This document shows positions 42,523-55,710 of a stretch of 64,000 nucleotides of DNA, in pieces. Location: positions 44,144,001 through 44,208,000 of the forward strand of contig OZ024756.1 of NCBI GenBank assembly GCA_964016885.1. Direction: 5' to 3'. The position numbers and the translations under genes were made by a program. The DNA is from Eledone cirrhosa (taxonomy: Eukaryota). A model generated the notes under the pieces. It had not been told where the DNA came from. It did no database searches and saw only the letters and a program-made list of their open reading frames with translations. The first letter of the stretch is position 1. Every line of letters begins with the position of its first letter.

Positions 42523-42957
42523 TAAACACACTGGTGGTATGGTGGTATATATATATATTAAACACACTGGTGGTATGGTGGTATATATATATTGAACACA
42601 CTGATGGTATGGTAGTATATATTAAACATACTGGTGGTATGGTGGTATATATATATTGAACACACTGGTGGTATGGTGGTATATATATATTAAACACACT
42701 GGTGGTATGGTGGTATATATACATTAAACACACTGGTGGTATGGTGGTATATATATATATATATATATGCATTAAACACACTGGTAGTATATATATTGAA
42801 CACACACTGGTGGTATGGTGGTATATATATATATATATATATATTAAACACACTGATGGTATGGTGGTATATATATTAAACACACTGGTAGTATGGTGGT
42901 ATATATATATATATTAAACACACAGTAGTGAAGCTGATGGTATGGTGGTATATATAT
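42335..42957. repeat. Compound minisatellite ATTAAACACACTGGTGGTATGGTGG + variable (TA)n
   Basis: About 15 units with length-variable TA spacers. Confidence 0.93.
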
Positions 42958-42999
42958 TCGGCCAGTCTTCCCGCCTGTAAAATTGTTCATTCTCTCCAT

Positions 43000-43330
43000 G
43001 TCCCCTCCACAAATGAGAGATGTACATTTGTTGGCTGCCATCTTTGTTTGCAATGATTCAGCAGATTTGAACAGGACAAGAAAACAAAATGGAGGTGATG
43101 GAGGGGGTAAAGACAAAAAAAAACAGAAAAAAACAGAAAAAAAAACAGAAAAAAAAACAATAGAAAACAAATGAAGGATTGGTGAGTTTGTTGTTGAAGA
43201 GGATATTGGAAAATAAGTAGAGATATATAGATAGATAAAATAAAGAAATAAAACTATGGTAATATGTAAGAAGAAAACTGCTGTAGGGTTTCATTGGAAA
43301 GAAGATATAGATATGTAGATGGCTTAGATT
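43000..43330. repeat. Unclassified dispersed repeat (also about 47770-47925 and 48725-48910)
   Basis: Shared GCTGCCATCTTTGTTTGCAATGATTCAGCAGATTTGAA core plus similar downstream sequence. Confidence 0.75.
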
Positions 43331-43475
43331 GAACTGGTGTAATTGTGTATAGATGTCGATGGTATAGCTGGATGATAGATATAATATGTTGTTACAGACA
43401 AATGGTGATGTATAAAATGTGTATGGGTTGATTGAGTGGAATATATATATATGTATGTATATATATACATGTATG

Positions 43476-43519
<44 letters not shown>

Positions 43520-43765
43520 CATGTATGTATATATATATATACATGTATATATATATATATACATGTATGTTTGTATATATATATATATACATGTATGTAT
43601 ATATATATACATGTATGTATATATATATATACATGTATGTATATATATATATACATGTATGTATATATATACATGTATGTATGTATATATATATATACAT
43701 GTATGTATGTATATATATATATATATATACATGTATGTATGTATATATATATATATACATGTATG

Positions 43766-44070
43766 TATCATCATTTCATTTTACGTCCACTTTTCCCTGC
43801 TTGCAAGGGTGGGATAGGAACTGATTCTGGCTTGATTTCTACAGCTGAATGCCCTTCCTAACACCAACCTCATTTACACCTCCACGACCACTTTGCAGTG
43901 GAATGATATGGACCCCAGTCCCTATCATCTCATTTCTACAGGTGAGTAAACTGGAGCAATGTGAAATAAAGTGTCTTGCTCAAGGAAACAACACATCACC
44001 CGGTCTGAGAATTGAACTCACAACCTTTTGATTGCAAGGCCAATGCTCTAACCACTAAGCCATGTGCCTC
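43766..44070 (-). mobile_element. RTE-tail/SINE composite, as at 8984-9360
   Basis: Near-identical motifs. Confidence 0.8.
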
Positions 44071-44135
44071 ATGTGTATGTATATATATATATGAGTGTGT
44101 GTGTGTATGTATGTATATAAATATATACATGTATG

Positions 44136-44177
<42 letters not shown>

Positions 44178-44283
44178 CCATATATCATATATACATATTT
44201 ATATATATATATAGAAAAAAAGATGAAATCGAAAATGCAACTGGAGTCTTATTTTAAAAAAAATATATATATTTATTTGGTTC

Positions 44284-44319
44284 CTTTACTGGTTTCGCAG
44301 TTCTTCTGCTTTTCAAAAG
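44284..44319 (-). ncRNA. Minimal hammerhead with U3-A8 core variant
   Basis: Minus: CTT-TTGAAAA-GCAG(AAGAA)CTGC-GAA-ACCAGT-A-AAG; lies in PLE-like element 44215-44975. Confidence 0.65.
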
Positions 44320-45799
44320 TAGAGTTGAGATGGAGGGTCTGTGGTTTTTCTCACATCTGGTTGGTCTCTGAATGTTACTTATTTTATATGGAAAAAAGTG
44401 GCTCGAAATGCCAGGTTTTTAGAGAAGTAATTTGATTGGTCGGTCAATAATTATAATAAATTTCGCGCCAGTTCGCGTTACAAAGTTCTTCAAACAGGGG
44501 AGGGGGGGGGGGGGGGGACACAGGTTGTTTTTTTTCATATATGAGTGTTTGAATTTCTTTTTACTTAAAAAAGGGGGCTCACGAAGGCTTTTTTTTAATA
44601 AACGTAATTTGATTGGTTATAAATGAAATTATGGCTGTCACATGAACAAGTTTTCATTAAATTTTCGCGCCCTTATTTGGAAATCTATTCTGTAGCCTTT
44701 TTAGAGAATTTTATGACAAGCAAAAGATAATGGTCAAGAGAAATAGGATGGGAGAATTGTTCTGGTTCAGTGAATATGGTTAGTTCACTGGGGTGTCAGA
44801 ATTCAGATTTTCTATTGAATAAAGAAAGTAAAGATATGTATGTTTATTTGTGTGCTTCTGTGTGTGTTGTGTGTGTGTGTTTGAATTTCGTTTTACTTAA
44901 AAAAAAAGGGGCTCACGAAGGCTTTTTTTTAATAAACGGTTATTTTTCATTTTGTAAAAAAAAACCTCACTTTCTAATATATATATATATATATATGGCA
45001 TTGAACGGAAACCTGTTGAGTGAACCCTCTGTTCAATCATCTAAAACCAATAACTTGCATACCCCGCAAGTGGATTTGTTGATTTCGGGTTCACAGAAAC
45101 CTACCGGAGATATTGCATAATATCGACGGGATGTTCCAGGTTTGTCAAATTATCGTGAGTTGGTTTCTCGTTGCTTTGGTCCTTGCGGCTAGCTTACTGG
45201 TCGCAATCTTCAATTTGCAAAGCTGTCTAAACGTAATGTTATTATTCTAAGGTAAAACTACCTTATTGAGTGCTTAGCTGCACATTCCGATTGCATTCGT
45301 TAGCTTAGCTGCAGCCAGAGCTTCGATTATGCTGTACTAACTTTTGTATATATATATACTTTGTTTTTGTATTTGCTATGCAAGGTTCTTGATGTGAAAT
45401 TGTGAGTTGAAACAGATAATGAAATATTGTTAGATTTTGGGAGAGTCATGCTGCCAATAAAAACATATGCCCCTGTTGCATTTCACTGAACAATGTAAAT
45501 AGGGAAAACCTATACCATGACGAACATAGAAACATCTAGAGTAGCACCCCAATGACTGGCTGTATGGGGAGATGGCCCCCACCAAGATTTTCTAAGGCAC
45601 ACTGAAATGGAGTGATGGAAAGAATGGATGATTGTAAGAAGCAAGGTATGATAAGTTAAATCAGTCATGGTGATGATGATGATGAATGAGGATAAACCTT
45701 ATAAGCATGAATTTCAGACAAAAATGAGAGACAAGCCTTCTGATGTATTTTGGACAAGTTGAATGCTCTGTAGTGTAATCAGCAATACAGTTGTGTCTT

Positions 45800-45995
45800 C
45801 TTTTTCTTCTTTGCCCACTTATTCCTTAGAGGGTCGTGGGGACAGAGTCCTCAAAAACTCCTTCCAGCAGGTCCTGTCAGAAGCAACCATCTCCAACTGA
45901 TCTGAACAGATCTTCCAAGCAAGACCAGCCAAGCACATGGATGTTATCCAACTATCTTGCTCGGGGTCTACCCCTGGGTCTCCTGCCAGTTGGTT
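45800..45995 (-). mobile_element. RTE-type LINE 3' fragment (second family)
   Basis: Homologous to 33812-34010. Confidence 0.8.
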
Positions 45996-48001
45996 TTAAT
46001 GCAAAATTGTGTGTGTTTTTTTGTTGTTGTTATTTTTGTCTCCTTTTAAGAAAAGCATATATTTGATTTGAAATTTGGAAGTGTTGAAATTGAAACAGAA
46101 AAATCTCTCCAATGATAATAACATTAGAGATTCGGGTGAAATAGCCTCAGGGAGAGAAAATAATAGGTTAGTAACTACTACAGAGAATCAAACTCTGTAT
46201 CTCTTGAATTCTGGCCAAGCACATTAACCTCTATGGCAGCTGACAAGAGTTTCTGTCTAAATTAGGAACTATATATAATAGTTTTAGTGGCTAGAAATGG
46301 TTGTCAGACACCATTTGGCATAGTGGTTAGCATGCTTGGCCAGAATTCAAAATATACAAAGTTTGACTCTCTGTAGTGACTGCTGACTACTTATTTTCTG
46401 ACTCTAAGATTAGTTTACCTGATTTTCTAAAGCTTTTATCATTTATAACAATTCTGTGTTTGGATTCCAGTGTTTCCAAATCATCCAAATACTCTAATAA
46501 ATAAACCACTTTATGGCATGTATTGGGTTTGTTTCTCATGGCACCACCTCGACCACTTCACAGGGTGGACTGGGTGTTTTGTACATAGTACCAGCACTAC
46601 CACCTTATAGAGTGGACTGGGTGCATGTTGCCATGACACCAGCATTTCCACTTTCCATCAAGGGCTGAGTGGTGAGTACATTTTATTATGGAACCGGTAC
46701 TACCACATTTCAACAGAACAGTAGGGTGCTTTATATCCTTGACTGGGCAAGGAGGCCAATGATAGGGAGTGTGGAATGTGGGGGGGGGGGGGGTGAATGA
46801 GTGGGGTAGAAAGAGGTGACGGGATGGGGTGAGAAGAAGGATGTGAGGGGTGTAAATGGAGGGATGAGAGGAAGAGGGACAAGAGTTCGGGATGAAGGTG
46901 TGTTTAAATGTTGAAGGTAATTCAAAACTGGTTTCACATCCCAAATATTAGTGACAAGTGTTCTGAACTGAAACACACCTTTCTAGAATCTATAAATTAA
47001 CAGGTGTAATCCCACTCTATCAATGCTGCTATTTATTAAGAATAAGAAATGAGGTCAGTGTACTTCTAATGGTATTAATCACTCTCTGTCGCTTTTCCTT
47101 CTTCTTGTCTGATGACATATACACAATGGTTAGAGATCAAGATTGGTAAGCCAGATTAAGGTGGCACTTGTAGTATAATGGATTGCCTCTGTGGTCGGGT
47201 AGGAGCCATGATAAAAACCACCCGTGCCACTCTGTAAATGTGGTTGGCATTAGGAAGAGCAATTAACCATAGAAACGAAGCCAAAATAAGTCTAGTATGA
47301 GCAAGACATGGTCATTTGATCTCACAACTGGCAGCCTAGCAATGGAAACATGGATGTTAAATGGTGATGATGATAGATAGATAGATGTGTAGGTGTTCAT
47401 TGAGTATATATATATATATATTGTGTGTAACTTTTGACTAACTACACACACACACATATATGTATGTATACACACAAATACAAATGTGTGTATGTGTGTA
47501 CATGCTGTGTACACAGCTTGTAGATATAATAAATTAGATAGACAGACATAGTCTGTAGATAACTAAACACAATGCAGTATATTAGATAGACAGATAATGT
47601 AGATAGCTATTCAACTATTTATATTGACACAGTACATAGATAGATCATGCTAACTGGCTAGATAGAAATATATTGGCTGTATAAATATGAAGCGACCAAA
47701 CGGCAATGAATACATACAACGACAAGCCACTATTGGTAGTTTTGCAACCAGTAAATCTTACTACATTTATGTCACTAAGCGAGAAGACCTACATTCAGCT
47801 GCCATCTTTGTTAGTAATGATTCAGCACATTTGAACAGCAGACAAAGGGAGAAGGAAGAGAAAGATTTAATGAGTTTCTAGCTGAGAAGATTAGAAAATA
47901 AATGGAGAAGCTGATAGATAAAATGACTTTAAAAAATTATACATATATATATACATATATATATATATATGTATATATATGTATATATATATATGTACAT
48001 G

Positions 48002-48039
<38 letters not shown>

Positions 48040-48951
48040 TATCTATTTATCTATCTATTTATCTATCTATCTATATATATATATCAACAAGTATACCGAT
48101 GGAAAAATCAGCATCTATCATTTAAATTACCATATTCAATCCCTTACACATTTTTCAAAGGAATTTTACATCCAATTATTTACATCCAGTTTGGAGAACT
48201 GTGTTTTGCTCACACAGAACTGATTTTGGCTTGGTCTCTAAAGCTGGATGCCCTTCCTAAAGCCAACCACATTTACAGTGTGGACTGGGTGCTTTTTGTT
48301 GTAATAACCTACACGACCAGTTTACAGGGTGGACTGGGTGTGACTGTCAGACCATATGGAGGTTGTGGTATGACTGTCAGACAATATGGAGGTTGTGGTA
48401 TGCCTGTCAGGCAGATCATCAATTCATTGCCAAGATGGTAGCCCCATCATCCAACTATTCTACTGAGGGCCAACCACCCATCCCAGGAGAAATTTCATCT
48501 CGTTACAACACACAGTTATATTAACTGGGTAGATACAATGAAAGATAGGTCTAGATCCTAGATATTTAATTCTATATGTACTGTATGTTGATTTGGAATG
48601 GATACATAAATAGATATTAAAGAAGCCAGCCCAACAGTATTGGACACACACACACAATAATAAGAAGCCAGTTGTGGACAGCTTGGCAGTCTATAAATCC
48701 TCCTCCATTATACAAGTATATATCAAGTCTTACATTCAACTGCCATCTTTGTTTGCAATGATTCAGCAGATTTGAAAGAGGAGAATAAATGAAAGGAAAG
48801 GATTGCCTTGCTAGTTCTTGAAGAGAGACTATTGGAAAAGGAAGAGAAGAGTTAAAACATAAGAAAAGAATGGTAATATGTAAAATAAATACAGGATATT
48901 GTCTACTGGTATATATATATAAGATCAAAAGATGGTTAAATGAGTTCCATG

Positions 48952-49022
48952 TATTTTATTATGCGCATTTCAAAAACAAATATCATCATGCAATAACATT
49001 TGTGTTTTCATCAGATAAAATA
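48952..49022 (-). ncRNA. Hammerhead ribozyme, mirror copy
   Basis: Reverse complement of 49147-49217. Confidence 0.9.
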
Positions 49023-49146
49023 GGAGGACATGATATGAAGGTTAAAAAACACTTGTGGATAGTGCCGTTTTAAATCAACATATATATATGTTGATTTAAA
49101 ACGGCACTATCCACAAGTGTTTTTTAACCTTCATATCATGTCCTCC

Positions 49147-49217
49147 TATTTTATCTGATGAAAACACAAATGTTATTGCATGATGATATTTGTTTTTGAA
49201 ATGCGCATAATAAAATA
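49147..49217 (+). ncRNA. Type I hammerhead ribozyme
   Basis: TATTTTAT-CTGATGA-AAAC-ACAAATGTTATT(GCAT)GATGATATTTGT-TTTT-GAA-ATGCGCAT-A-ATAAAATA; all core residues present, perfect 8-bp stem I, palindromic stem III. Confidence 0.92.
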
Positions 49218-49340
49218 CATGGAACTCATTTAACCATCTTTTGATCTTATATATTATGTATACTCCAGTCCTACAAACTGTAGAGTGCTTCTTATCCGAT
49301 ATCTGCATTGCTTTATTGTACTACAATAAAACTCACCTCC

Positions 49341-49384
<44 letters not shown>

Positions 49385-49889
49385 AATAACAGATTAAAGT
49401 TTGAGCAAAGAATCGCTGCTTTCACCCTTAACGGGATCTTCTGATCTATATATATATCATCATCATCATCATCATTGTTTTATGTCCATTTTTCAATGCT
49501 AGCATGGGTTAGACGAGTTGTCCTCTTGTGGGCAATGCTAGGTCAGGTGACCATGTCTTGCTCGTACAGCACTGATCTGTGATGGTTGTGGTGGTGGTGA
49601 GGATGATGGTGGTGGTGATGGTGGTGGTGGTGATGGTGGTGATGGTGGTGATGGTGGTGAAAGTGGTGATGGTGGTGATGGCAATGATGATGCTGCTGCT
49701 AGAGAGATCACCTTAGCTTTACTGTAACTGTAGATAGATATGCATCAGTGATGCTGCAGTAAAATAAGTCCAGGTATGTCCATGTTGTATAACAGGTGGG
49801 GGGGGGGGGGGGCTAAGGAACCACTGAGGTGGAACAGGTGGGGCAGTGGGGAGGTGAGAGTGATGAGGAAGGGGGTAATGTAGGGAGAG

Positions 49890-50576
49890 GAGGTGATAGT
49901 TATGAGGGAGGGGGTGATAGTTATGAGGGAGGGGGTGATAGTTATGAGGGAGGGGGTGATAGTTATGAGGGAGGGGGTGATAGTTATGAGGGAGGGGGTG
50001 ATAGTTATGATGGAGGAGGTGTTAGTTATGAGGGAGGGGGGTAATAGTTATGAGGGAGGAGGTGATAGTTATGAGGGAGGGGGTAATAGTTATGAGGGAG
50101 GCGGTGATAGTTATGAGGGAGAGGGTGATAGTTATGAGGGAGGGGGTGATAGTTATGAGGGAGGGGGTGATAGTTATGAGGGAGGGGGTGATAGTTATGA
50201 GGGAAGGGGTAATAGTTATGAGGGAAGGGGTAATAGTTATGAGGGAGGGGGTGATAGTTATGATGGAGGAGGTGTTAGTTATGAGGGAGGGGGGTAATAG
50301 TTATGAGGGAGGCGGTGATAGTTATGAGGGAGAGGGTGATAGTTATGAGGGAGGGGGTGATAGTTATGAGGGAGGGGGTGATAGTTATGAGGGAGAGGGT
50401 GATAGTTATGAGGGAGGGGGTGATAGTTATGAGGGAGGGGGTGATAGTTATGAGGGAGAGGGTGATAGTTATGAGGGAGAGGGTGATAGTTATGAGGGAG
50501 GGGGGTAATAGTTATGAGGGAGGAGGTGATAGTTATGAGGGAGGGGGTAATAGTTATGAGGGAGGGGGTAATAGTT
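49890..50576. repeat. 21-bp G-rich minisatellite GATAGTTATGAGGGAGGGGGT
   Basis: About 32 units. Confidence 0.96.
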
Positions 50577-51116
50577 CAAAATTGCCATAAATGTTTTAGC
50601 AGTGCGGCCCACCATATGATGAGCCATGTCGTATGTGGCCACCACTTGTAAAAGGTTGGCCATGTCTGGGATAGATGTATATATATGTATCATCATCATT
50701 GTTTTAACGACCACTGTCCCTGCTAGCATGGGTTGGACAGGTCTACATAGACCAAGTCAGTACTGAAGTGGGGCTACTGACCTCCCTGACAGGCAGGGAT
50801 CTGGGTGTCACATGACACAGAGTGCACAGGGAAGGTTGTCATGTCTATATGTATAAATGTGTATATATACTATATAAATGTGTATATATACTATATAAAT
50901 GTGTATATATACTGTATAAATGTGTATATATGTGTATAAATGTATATATATGTATAAATATGGCAGTTGTGACTAGTTGAAGCTGTGCAGTTGTAGTGAG
51001 AGAAAAGAGGGGGGGGGGTAGAGTGGAGAATGACTTTGTCAATCACACATAGGCACACACATATATATATATGTATATATATACATATATATATATACAT
51101 TTATATATACATACAT

Positions 51117-51155
<39 letters not shown>

Positions 51156-52164
51156 TATACATACAACACATGCATATATATATATGTAAATATATATATG
51201 TATGCATATATACACACATACACACGCATATATCCACACATATAGACATACACACACACATATATATAGACACAAACACACATACACACACACATATATC
51301 GACATATACACACACAGAGACACACACTTATATAGACACACATACACATACATAGACACACACATATATAGACACACACACATATCTAGACACAAACACA
51401 CACACACATATATATCGACATATACACACATACACACACACACACACACACACATCTAGACACACAGACAGACACACAACAGAGAGCTATGCAACATCCA
51501 ATCAATAGACAGAGAGGGAAAAGAAGTTGTTTTTTTCACAAACTAATTCAATAAAAAAAATACCCACTCTTTTGTAAAGGAGATTGGAAATGGCTGTTTG
51601 TGCTTGGCAGTAATTTATCATCATCATCATCATCATCTTCACCCTCATCTTCTTCACCATCATCATCATCATCACCATCATCTCCACCATCATCATCACT
51701 ATCATCATCATCACTATCATCACCATCATCACCACCATCATCATCATCTCCACCACCGTCACCATCATCATCACTATCATCATCATTAGCATCTTCATCA
51801 TCATCATCAACTTCATTGTCATTATTTTCTTCTCCCTCCACCTACTCCTCAACATTAGCAGTAGAAGCAGCATCCTACCATTTTCTTCCTCATGATCATC
51901 ATTTCTATCATTCTTGTTATCATCATCATCAACATCATTGTCCTCACCATCATTACAACCACTACTGCCACCACTACCACTACTATCACTGCAACAACCC
52001 TACCACCACCACAACCTACAACACCACAAACAACAACCCCACCACCACCACAACCTACAACACCACAAACAACAACCCCACCACAACCTACAACACCACA
52101 AACAACAACCCCACCACCACCACAACCTACAACACCACAAACAACAACCCCACCTCCACCATTG

Positions 52165-53385
52165 TTACAGCACATAGTTACGTCCCTTTGCATTCTCAGT
52201 TCAAATCCTGCCAAGGTTAGCTTTGCCTTTCATCTTTAAAGGTAGGATCGATAAAAATAAAGTACCAGTAATGTACTGGAGTTAATTTAATTCACTTTCC
52301 GAGCTACGTACTCTATCAAGTAACGGAACTCCACTCTACCTGGAGTGACCCTCAGTTCTCCGAGCTACGTACTCTATCAACATTACTCCACTCTACCTGG
52401 AGTGACCCTCAGATATCCGAGAGCTACGTACTCTATCAACATTACTCCACTCTACCTGGAGTGACCCTCAGATATCCGAGAGCTACGTACTCTATCAACA
52501 TTACTCCACTCTACCTGGAGTGACCCTCAGTTCTCCGAGCTACGTACTCTATCAACATTACTCCACTCTACCTGGAGTGACCCTCAGATATCCGAGAGCT
52601 ACGTACTCTATCAACATTACTCCACTCTACCTGGAGTGACCCTCAGATATCCGAGAGCTACGTACTCTATCAACATTACTCCACTCTACCTGGAGTGACC
52701 CTCAGATATCCGAGAGCTACGTACTCTATCAACATTACTCCACTCTACTTGGAGTGACCCTCAGATATCCAAGAGCTACGTACTCTATCAACATTACTCC
52801 ACTCTACCTGGAGTGACCCTCAGATATCCGAGAGCTACGTACTCTATCAACATTACTCCACTCTACCTGGAGTGACCCTCAGATATCCGAGAGCTACGTA
52901 CTCTATCAACATTACTCCACTCTACTTGGAGTGACCCTCAGATATCCGAGAGCTACGTACTCTATCAACATTACTCCACTCTACCTGGAGTGACCCTCAG
53001 ATATCCGAGAGCTACGTACTCTATCAACATTACTCCACTCTACTTGGAGTGACCCTCAGATATCCGAGAGCTACGTACTCTATCAACATTACTCCACTCT
53101 ACTTGGAGTGACCCTCAGATATCCGAGAGCTACGTACTCTATCAACATTACTCCACTCTACCTGGAGTGACCCTCAGATATCCGAGAGCTACGTACTCTA
53201 TCAACATTACTCCACTCTACTTGGAGTGACCCTCAGATATCCGAGAGCTACGTACTCTATCAACATTACTCCACTCTACTTGGAGTGACCCTCAGATATC
53301 CGAGAGCTACGTACTCTATCAACATTACTCCAGTTACCTCCCTTTCTTACAAATTGCTGGCCTTGTCCCAAATCTAGAAATATAT
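52165..53385 (+). mobile_element. SINE interrupted by a 59-bp array
   Basis: SINE body 52165-52280 (...AATTCACTTTCC) resumes at about 53338 (CTCCCTTTCTTACAAATTGCTGGCCTTGT). Confidence 0.85.
52279..53337. repeat. 59-bp minisatellite GAGCTACGTACTCTATCAACATTACTCCACTCTACCTGGAGTGACCCTCAGATATCCGA
   Basis: About 18 near-identical units. Confidence 0.97.
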
Positions 53386-53503
53386 ATCCTATTTTCACCA
53401 AATCAAAAACTTCAACACATTTCATCATCATCATCCTCATCACCAGCACCTTCATCATCATTAGTGTTGTTATTATTATCATTATCATTATTATTGCTGC
53501 TGC

Positions 53504-53547
<44 letters not shown>

Positions 53548-53716
53548 TTGTTGCTGTTTTCACCAAATCAGAAACTTCAACCCAATTGTAATGAGATTAT
53601 TTCAATAGCAATTCTCTTATTTTTTCCCTTCTATCACACTTACTGGCATAGTGTATGTGTGTATGTGTGTGTATGTGTGTGTGTATGTGTGTGTATGTGT
53701 CACACTTACTGGTATG

Positions 53717-53748
<32 letters not shown>

Positions 53749-54048
53749 GTGTCACACTTACTGGCATAATTAATGTATATGTGTATATATGTGTGTATGT
53801 ATGTATATATGTATATGTATGTATGTATGTATGTATATATGTATCACACTTACTGGCATAATGTGTGTGTGTGTATGTGTATATGTGTGTATGTGTATAT
53901 GTGTGTGTGTATGTATGTATGTATGTGTCACACTTCCTGGTATAATGTGTGTGTACGTGTATAAATATGTTTGTATGTGTCACTCTTACTGGCATAATGC
54001 GAGTGTGGATGTCTGTATGTCTGTGTATATATATACCTTTGTTTTTGC

Positions 54049-54082
<34 letters not shown>

Positions 54083-54094
54083 GCACACACACAC

Positions 54095-54134
<40 letters not shown>

Positions 54135-54975
54135 GTGTGTGTGTACGCCTGTGTATGTGTGTGTATATGTTTATATATTTTCTCTCATGTCTGGCTTTCT
54201 TTCCTGGCTATGGTAGAGATTGTTTTGACTTGCATGTTATTCCTGTGTTACTTTGAGAAATATCACATTAACAACAACTACAACATTTCCAACACCAATA
54301 ACAACAACAACACCAGCAACAACAACAGTAACAACAACTGCAACAACAACAATAGCAAGACCAACAATGCCAATAAAACAACAACAACAACAACAATAAC
54401 AACAACAGCAACAAGAAAAACAACAACAATAACAAGACCAACAATGTCGACAAAACAACATCAACAACAACACCAACAATTAGCCAGTGTATGACCCTCT
54501 GTATAGTTGCTTCTTCCACTAGAAATAGCAACAAAATCTACATCAAAATTTTCATCCTGCTGTTTAACAAAAGACACATTTGATAATGTAGTCTTAGATA
54601 TATTTATCATTTCTACTTGAGTACAATGAGATCTTGAAGACACTGTGGCCCCCAACTTTTTGTAGCTAAAAATCATTTTTTATAATGTACCCCCAGTGCT
54701 AAGAAACTCTCAGTAGAACTAACCAGCCGAAGGTCTTCAGAGATTAACACCTCCCTACCCAACCCTCAAGCAAGTGTACCAGCTCTTAACTTCTTGGGGA
54801 TGCCAAGCTACATCCAGGTTATGACTCCTGGGTGCTCTTCTGCTGACATTTAGCTATTCAGATATCGGAGACTTGTTGTGTATTTAAACCGTATGGAGAA
54901 GATTTTTTTGACAGGATCTAGCTGGAACTCCTCTCCAGTGCCTCCAATTTCAAACATATTTTTTGTAACTAAAAA

Positions 54976-55018
<43 letters not shown>

Positions 55019-55076
55019 GAACACTGGAAGGTAATATCCATAGTAGCAGAGCACTCAGTCCATGGGATGAGTTTGG

Positions 55077-55180
55077 TAGAAGTAGTAACACAACAGTTGG
55101 TTCACCATACCTGAAGATTCGCATGAGGTGAAACATTTGTTCTCGGTATGGTGAACCAACTGTTGTGGAACTATTTCTAT
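55077..55180 (+). ncRNA. Hammerhead-like motif enclosed by a fold-back
   Basis: Inverted arms CACAACAGTTGGTTCACCATACC / GGTATGGTGAACCAACTGTTGTG enclose CTGAAGA-TTCGCATGAGGT-GAA-ACATTTGT-T; (TA)n flanks. Confidence 0.62.
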
Positions 55181-55581
55181 AATATATATATCGTCATCAT
55201 ATATAATGTGACAACAATTTTTTTGTGGTTAAGAATCAGTTATATAATATATCCTATTATATAATACAACCCTAATACAGCAATAGTAATTTATATTTTT
55301 TAAGAAACCAGTGTAATATCTCTGAATAATTTAAACGTCTGAAAACATAGAAACTAAAAAAAGCTCTGTATTAGCTTAACAGTTTCTTTCTTTAAAAGCT
55401 ATTAAACAAAAGCTGCAGCATGGGTTAAAAAAAGGTCATTGTTCATAAAATGAGTTTATCACTTAAAAACCAACAAAATATGAATCATTGGCTGATTTTT
55501 CTAAATAATTCCAGCTTTTCTTCTTCATTTAGCTTGTCTTTCACTTGTAACTTTATATGTGGTATATGTATTGAGAAGTTG

Positions 55582-55710
55582 ATAGACTGACCAAGATACT
55601 CTCATGGAATGACCAAATGAAGAGTTCATAGACTGACCAAGATACTCTCATGGAATGACCAAATGAAGAGTTCATAGACTGACCAAGATACTCTCATGGA
55701 ATGACCAAAC
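55582..55710. repeat. 46-bp tandem repeat, about 3 copies
   Basis: ATAGACTGACCAAGATACTCTCATGGAATGACCAAATGAAGAGTTC. Confidence 0.9.

Larger units (their letters stand above)
48915..49345. mobile_element. PLE-derived 340-bp perfect palindrome plus unpaired 3' tail
   Basis: 48915-49254 is symmetric about CATATATATATG (49079-49090); tail to about 49345; (TA)n flanks. Confidence 0.9.

Noticed and set aside
45155-45215. Minus-strand TTGAAGA-TTGC...GCAA-CGA-GAAAC motif
   Set aside because: Stems I and III do not pair; at best a decayed remnant.
38586-49254. Large palindromes as sequencing fold-back artefacts
   Set aside because: Bounded arms, unique flanks, an unpaired tail and the same architecture in diverged copies with arm mismatches favour real PLE structures; read-level confirmation is still advisable.
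48870-49308. Two ORFs sharing the peptide KIKRWLNEFHVFYYAHF...
   Set aside because: Mirror products of the DNA palindrome; no coding signal.
50585-50670. hAT-like terminal sequence (also 49810 and 54640-54710) and TTAACCCT piggyBac-like ends (640, 17245, 33385, 40730)
   Set aside because: Single ends without a matched partner TIR or TSD; cannot be delimited from the sequence alone.
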